Assembly (NCBI GenBank): GCA_963783375.1
Contig: CAWANH010000026.1
Span: forward strand, 1-19,784
Reading direction: 5' to 3'
Source: Candidatus Eiseniibacteriota bacterium
GTDB taxonomy: Bacteria > Eisenbacteria > RBG-16-71-46 > JABDJR01
DNA: 19,784 bases
Shown: positions 15,053-19,784 of the stretch, piece after piece
Position numbering within the stretch: the first letter of the stretch is position 1
How the letters are laid out: each line of letters begins with the position of its first letter
Translations under genes and position numbers: made by a program
Notes under the pieces: model-generated
What the model was told of the DNA's origin: nothing
Seen by the model: the letters and a program-made list of their open reading frames with translations, nothing else
Database searches by the model: none

Positions 15053-17485
15053 ATGGCTGGTGTGGAAAGATTTTCAATTGTGGGGAGCTCCTGGGACCCC
15101 CTCTTTGGGGGGCGGGTGGACGTTCCGTCCGGTTCGGAGGCGGTTCAACCGGCCCGCGTCCTTCGGCGGGAGCGGGAAGACCAATGCCGCCGGAAACGGG
15201 CCCGCAAACGGGAGCGGGAACGCAGGGTCCAACGGGAGCGGGACCGGGCGCACACCCTCGTCAAGTGCCGGCAACTCACCTGGCGCCTGCTCCACGCCGT
15301 CCGCGAAGCCCAGGCGATCACCCGCCGGCTGGAACTTGCCCAGGGCGAGGCGCTCCACGGGCTTCGCTCGGGAGACCGGTACCGGGACCTCGGCCATGTC
15401 CGGTTCGCCGATTTTTGCCGGGAAGCGCTTCAGCTTCATCCCCGCACCGCCCGCCGCCGGGTTGCAATGCAGGACATCCTGGACCGGGTTCCCGCGGCGA
15501 GGCCCGCGTATCTCGAAGGGCGCGTAGATGCCAGCAAACTCCTGGCCCTCCGGCCGGTTCTCAATCCCGTGAACGCCCCGGTCTGGCTTGCTCTCGGCGC
15601 GAAGCTCCCCGTGCGCCGGCTCACCGAGCAGGTGCTCGCGGCGCGGACGGCGGAGGCCGGCTCCGCTCCCGCCTCGGCCCCCGACGATCTTGATGAGCCC
15701 GATCGAGGGAGGATTGCTTTTCCGGCGCCCCAGGCCGTCGGGTTCGCCTTCGAACATGCTCTCGAAACCGCCCAGCGCGTGCTCGGCTGGGATGCTCCAC
15801 GCGACGAGTGCCTGGAGGCCATGCTGATGGAGTCGGATTCATCGCTTCCCTGGCTCGCGGCGCCTCCGGACGAGTCCGGGACGGATCCGGCCGCCGCCGC
15901 CGGCCCCCACGATCTGGAATCGACGGACCCGGGGGCTCCGGAGCGGGACGTGACGTCGGCGGCCTGGGCCCCGGCCGGGCGGCTCCCCTGGGCGGATCGT
16001 GTTCCCGACCACGCCTCCCGGGCGCGACGTCCCCGCGCGCCGGGAGACCGGACCCCCGGCGGCCCGGGCGGATCGCGCCCCTGGTCACCCTCCCATCACC
16101 GATGGGACTACAAGCGGGCCAAGAACGCGTTGAGGGCCCTGGAGCGCAGGCTTCGCCGCATCCGTCGGCTGACCCGGGACACCGGCCCGGATGCGGGGAG
16201 CGCCGTGCCCGCAGCGGACCCGGAGGGTGGACGGCTCCCGGTTTCGGCGCGGGCGCTTCTCGACCGGTACCGGGCCCTCGAAGGCGAGGTTCGGCCGCTC
16301 TTCGCGCTCCAGGCCCGCGCGCTGGTGCATCTCGACACCCTGGATGCCCCGGCCCTCGTCGGTCTCCCGCACCTGGGGGAGTTGGGCGCGCGTCTCCTCG
16401 GGCTCTCGGAGCGCGCCACCTGGGATCGGTTTCACGCTGGCTTCGCCTTCCAGTACGGCCGACTCCTCGCCGATCGGTACGTTCGCGGCGAGGTCGGGCT
16501 GGGCCACGTCCTGGCCCTGGCGGGACAAAGTGACCTGAACACCCGGGCCATGATCGAACGCGCCCGCTCGATCACCTATCGCCAGTTCCGGCGGGAGATG
16601 CGCTTCCTGGGGCGGCTGAGCCTCGTTGGGCTTCGATGGAACATCTCTCCTCCCGGGGTGATCACCGACCCTGCGGTCGAAGTCCGGCTCCAAAGGCGGC
16701 TCGCCCGGGGCGGTTGGTCGACCAAAGGCATTGAACGCCACATGGACGAGCGCGGACTCGGTCTCCCCTCGGGGTCTTCCCTGGACCCGGCCGAGAACCC
16801 CCTCCGGATGGCGCGGCTGGAAGCATTGTTGGACCTCGCGATCCTGGCCAGCTGCCGGGAGCCTTCCGAAGCCGAGGAGCTGCTTCGCGGCCGGAAAACG
16901 TTGTCCACCCCCGGCCGCCACCATCGCGTGGTGGTCTGGGCCCGTCCCGGAATTCGAGCCCACTGGGAGCGGGCGTGCCGGGCGATTCGACGGCGGGACG
17001 GACGTCTCCCCGACTGGGTGGCGGCGGTGGTGGTGTCCTGTGAGGCGTTGGATCAGTGGACGCACCTGGATCCCGGCCGCCTACCCACCGAACGGCGGAC
17101 CCTGGAACGTGACGGCTGGAGGTGTCGGGTTCCGGGCTGCGGCGCGCGCCGAAACCTCGAGGTCCACCACATCCAGTTCCGCTCTCATGGCGGTTCGAAT
17201 GCGTCCTGGAACCTGGTCACGCTCTGCCACGCCCATCACCATCACGCGCTCCACCGAGGCACCCTTCGCGTGACCGGCCGGGCGCCCCACGCGCTTACCT
17301 GGGAGATCGGCTGTTCCCAGGATGCCGCGCCGCTCTGGACCTACCGTGGCGAACGGCTCGCGCGACGTCGCGGTCAGGGGCCGATCGCGCATACCGTCCG
17401 GTCGATCTCCTCCCCGCGCCCCGTCTCCCCCCGCGCCCGGGGGGCCGCCCCGCCCCACCTCGCCCTACCGGACCGCGCGTTGTAG
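15053..17485 (+). CDS. Large HNH endonuclease domain protein with DUF222-like N-terminal modules (810 aa)
   Basis: C-terminal 'RDGWRCRVPGC...LEVHHIQFRSHGGSNASWNLVTLCHAHH...H'. N-terminal 'YRDLGHVRFADFCREALQLHPRTARRR...AYLEGRVDASK' is typical of DUF222-like HNH proteins. Long Pro/Ala/Arg-rich linker. Confidence 0.8.
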   Translation: MAGVERFSIVGSSWDPLFGGRVDVPSGSEAVQPARVLRREREDQCRRKRARKRERERRVQRERDRAHTLVKCRQLTWRLLHAVREAQAITRRLELAQGEALHGLRSGDRYRDLGHVRFADFCREALQLHPRTARRRVAMQDILDRVPAARPAYLEGRVDASKLLALRPVLNPVNAPVWLALGAKLPVRRLTEQVLAARTAEAGSAPASAPDDLDEPDRGRIAFPAPQAVGFAFEHALETAQRVLGWDAPRDECLEAMLMESDSSLPWLAAPPDESGTDPAAAAGPHDLESTDPGAPERDVTSAAWAPAGRLPWADRVPDHASRARRPRAPGDRTPGGPGGSRPWSPSHHRWDYKRAKNALRALERRLRRIRRLTRDTGPDAGSAVPAADPEGGRLPVSARALLDRYRALEGEVRPLFALQARALVHLDTLDAPALVGLPHLGELGARLLGLSERATWDRFHAGFAFQYGRLLADRYVRGEVGLGHVLALAGQSDLNTRAMIERARSITYRQFRREMRFLGRLSLVGLRWNISPPGVITDPAVEVRLQRRLARGGWSTKGIERHMDERGLGLPSGSSLDPAENPLRMARLEALLDLAILASCREPSEAEELLRGRKTLSTPGRHHRVVVWARPGIRAHWERACRAIRRRDGRLPDWVAAVVVSCEALDQWTHLDPGRLPTERRTLERDGWRCRVPGCGARRNLEVHHIQFRSHGGSNASWNLVTLCHAHHHHALHRGTLRVTGRAPHALTWEIGCSQDAAPLWTYRGERLARRRGQGPIAHTVRSISSPRPVSPRARGAAPPHLALPDRAL

Positions 17486-17516
17486 GCTTCTGCCTTCACG
17501 GTCCGAGTCCCGACCC

Positions 17517-17654
17517 GATCGCCGGGGAACCCGAGCCCAGGAGACCCGGATCCCGAGAGACCCGGACCTCGAGAAACCCTGATCCCGGAAAACCTGATCC
17601 CGAGAGACCCGGACCTCGAGAAACCCTGATCCCGGAAAACCTGATCCCAAGAGA
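17517..17654. repeat. Hierarchical tandem repeat: 15-16-bp units, including two exact 47-bp copies
   Basis: GATCCCGAGAGACCCGGACCTCGAGAAACCCTGATCCCGGAAAACCT at 17549-17595 and 17596-17642. A partial third copy starts at 17643; degenerate units run from 17517. Confidence 0.9.
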
Positions 17655-17669
17655 GGACCCCCCATACCG

Positions 17670-18458
17670 GTGCGCGCTTCGATCCCCGCCCTTTCGGCTC
17701 CCGCCGCCTTCGTCACCGTGCTCTTGGCTTCCCTCCTGATGGGCGCCGTTCCCCGTGCCGCCCAGGCCCAGATCCTGAACACCCTCCGGGGGTTCAAGGA
17801 GAGCGAGCCGGGGTGGAGCGGGGTCGTGGACGCTTCCTTCAGCGCCACCGGCGGAAACACCGAGGTTCTCTCCCTCGCCGGGAGCGGCCAGGTTCAGTAC
17901 CGGGTCGCCCGGGAGCGCTTCCGCTTCATCGCCAGCGGCGCCCGGAAGACATCCCGCGGCGCGGCCATCGAGGAGCAGAGCGCGGCTCACCTGCGCCACA
18001 ACCACCGGGTGAGTTCCTGGTTGAGCTCGGTGGCCTTCGTCCAGCACCAACGAAACCCGTTCCAGCGGCTCGAGACCCGGTTTCTCTTCGGGCTCGGCGC
18101 CCGGTTCGACGTGATCCGGAAAACGTCCTGGCGGCTGTCTCTCGGCGCCACCCCCATGCTCGAGCTCGAGAAGATCAAGAATCAGTCCGGGACCGACGCC
18201 GACTCCCGCATCTCCACCTTCGCGGTGATCGACGGCCGCCTGAACGACCTGGTGACCCTTCAGCTGACCGGCTTCGTCCAGCCCCGCATCTCCGACTTCG
18301 GCGATCTGCGAGCCATGACCACCGGCGGGGTCCGGGTGAAGCTCGGAGGGGCGCTCTCGCTCACCGTGGCCTCGGACGTGGAGATCGACACCCGGCCGCC
18401 GGCCCGGGTGAAGAAGACCGACTGGGAAGTGACCACCGGACTGGGAATTTCGCTCTAG
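17670..18458 (+). CDS. DUF481 family outer-membrane beta-barrel protein
   Basis: GTG start, signal peptide ending 'AQA-QILN', 'SFSATGGNTE', 'HLRHNH', 'FVQHQRNPFQRLETRFLFGLGARF', 'FVQPRISDFGDLR', terminal strand 'TTGLGISL'. Confidence 0.75.
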   Translation: MRASIPALSAPAAFVTVLLASLLMGAVPRAAQAQILNTLRGFKESEPGWSGVVDASFSATGGNTEVLSLAGSGQVQYRVARERFRFIASGARKTSRGAAIEEQSAAHLRHNHRVSSWLSSVAFVQHQRNPFQRLETRFLFGLGARFDVIRKTSWRLSLGATPMLELEKIKNQSGTDADSRISTFAVIDGRLNDLVTLQLTGFVQPRISDFGDLRAMTTGGVRVKLGGALSLTVASDVEIDTRPPARVKKTDWEVTTGLGISL

Positions 18459-18555
18459 CCCGCCCTGGCGGTCAGGTGCCCGTCGCCGCAGCGGCTTCAT
18501 GAATAGGTGGGGCCGGCCCCGGTGTCGCCCGCCCCCCGGCGGACTCCGCCCCCCC

Positions 18556-18589
18556 AAAAAAAGCGGCGGACGCCGATGTGGCGTCCGCC
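18556..18589 (-). terminator. Rho-independent terminator of the DUF4382 lipoprotein gene
   Basis: GGCGGACGCC(18565-18574)-GATGT-GGCGTCCGCC(18580-18589), a perfect 10-bp stem, with A7 at 18556-18562 (U-tract on the minus strand); ~60 nt after the stop. Confidence 0.75.
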
Positions 18590-18650
18590 TCGGGGAAAAC
18601 GGGGGATGTCCGTTTGACCCCGTCAACTCCAGTGTCGTCTCGATCGGGGG

Positions 18651-19523
18651 CTAACCCTTGTGGCCGTTGCCCCCTCCATTGCCCCCGCCGTTCCCGTGCT
18701 GGGCCCCGTTGTTCCCGCCGTCGTCATGCCCGAATTGGGAGTCATGGTCGTGGTCGTGGGAACCCCACGCCCCGTGGAGCACCGGCTTGATCTTGAAGTT
18801 CCCGCTTCCGGGAGGCGCCTCCACCACCGACTTGTCCAGATCGAACACGATCACGATGTCGGTCACCTGACCGTCGGACACGGTGAAGGGGAAGATGACC
18901 TTGAGCATGTCGTTGTTTCCGGGAACGTCCGCCCTGATCGAGTCTCCGGCCTGGGTGACCACCCACCCGTCGGCCACATGGAGGGCCAGGTGGCTGTAAT
19001 CGCCCTGGGGAAGCTCGAGGGTCCCCAGGAACTCGGAGAGCGTGGTGTCGAGGCCGGCCAGGTTGACCGTGACCGGGTCGGTGAGGACCTCGACGGCGCC
19101 GCAGTCGGCGTGGGTGCTGTCGTCCCCGCCCCCGGTCGAGTCATGGTCGTCGTGGAGAAAGCTCAACCCGTTCCACCGTTTGGCGGCGGACGTGGAGTCC
19201 TCCTCCTCACCGGTGGTGTCGTCGTCCGCGCTGTCCTCGCAAGCCGGGTAGACCCGGATGGAATCGAAGGTGATCCAGACCGCCGAGATGGGGGTGCGGT
19301 CGGAACCGAGTGGGTGGACGCCCATCGTGGCCGCGGCGTTCACCGAGCCCACCGTGTTCAGGGAAACCGCGAGAAGTCCCATCCCCGAACCGGCGGGGGG
19401 AGGGGAGAACACGTTCCCCGGAGCGGCGGGGTTCGAACTCGAGCCGCAGCCGACCAGGCCGGCCCCGACCGCGAGAGTTAATGCGCTGGCAATCAATAGC
19501 TTACCAAGAAATCCCGATTTCAC
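18651..19523 (-). CDS. DUF4382 domain lipoprotein with an acidic/His-rich insertion and tail
   Basis: GTG 19523 with SD AAGGAGG. Lipobox 'LVGC'. Motifs 'ISAVWITFDSIRV', 'LPQGDYSHLAL', 'FTVSDGQVTDIVIVFDLDKSV', 'FKIKPVL'. Confidence 0.82.
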   Translation of the reverse strand: MKSGFLGKLLIASALTLAVGAGLVGCGSSSNPAAPGNVFSPPPAGSGMGLLAVSLNTVGSVNAAATMGVHPLGSDRTPISAVWITFDSIRVYPACEDSADDDTTGEEEDSTSAAKRWNGLSFLHDDHDSTGGGDDSTHADCGAVEVLTDPVTVNLAGLDTTLSEFLGTLELPQGDYSHLALHVADGWVVTQAGDSIRADVPGNNDMLKVIFPFTVSDGQVTDIVIVFDLDKSVVEAPPGSGNFKIKPVLHGAWGSHDHDHDSQFGHDDGGNNGAQHGNGGGNGGGNGHKG

Positions 19524-19784
19524 GAATGCACCCTCCTTGTATCCAGGGGCGTGCAAAGCCAACCGATCCGCATCGCGTTCGTCAGCTTCGATATGGGGAC
19601 GGCCCGGACGGTCTCAGGCTTGGACGGTATCGTCACCCAGAGGTTACACCACAACCTGCCCCGGCGTTCCAAGTCCTTGAAAATGGTACAATTCACCCAT
19701 CGGTGGAACCCTCCCCGAACCTCCGCGGTTCCAGTTCAGGGAACCGCGACCGGCGGGACCGCCCGTCCGGCCGACCTATGTCCC

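Noticed and set aside
17517-17654. CRISPR array
   Set aside because: The repeats are contiguous with no unique spacers, and there are no cas genes.

Overview
GC-rich bacterial window from a diderm organism; two outer-membrane beta-barrels and a lipoprotein are present. A C-terminal 'TWGRIKALY' tail suggests an Eisenbacteria/Krumholzibacteria/Latescibacteria-like candidate lineage (inference). I call 14 main CDSs in this order: secreted HExxH metallopeptidase-like protein, group II PLP decarboxylase, blue-copper cupredoxin, YbaK-family deacylase, DUF2330 protein, small OM barrel, RmuC, a three-domain NDT-like/ATP-cone/DUF2103-like fusion, a degenerate NYN/PIN protein, SbcD, SbcC, a large DUF222-like HNH protein, a DUF481 barrel and a DUF4382 lipoprotein. 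Three things stand out. (1) A two-gene minus-strand unit (8236-10102) pairs a catalytically atypical NYN/PIN protein with a catalytically atypical nucleoside 2-deoxyribosyltransferase fold fused to an ATP-cone; its promoter faces a candidate sbcDC promoter. (2) The 5.9-6.8 kb gap holds an unannotated minus-strand unit: a sigma70-like promoter, two small ORFs and a ~138-nt rod-shaped RNA structure followed by a U-tract. (3) A palindromic operator overlaps the HNH gene promoter. All family assignments come from motif recognition by eye; no searches were run.
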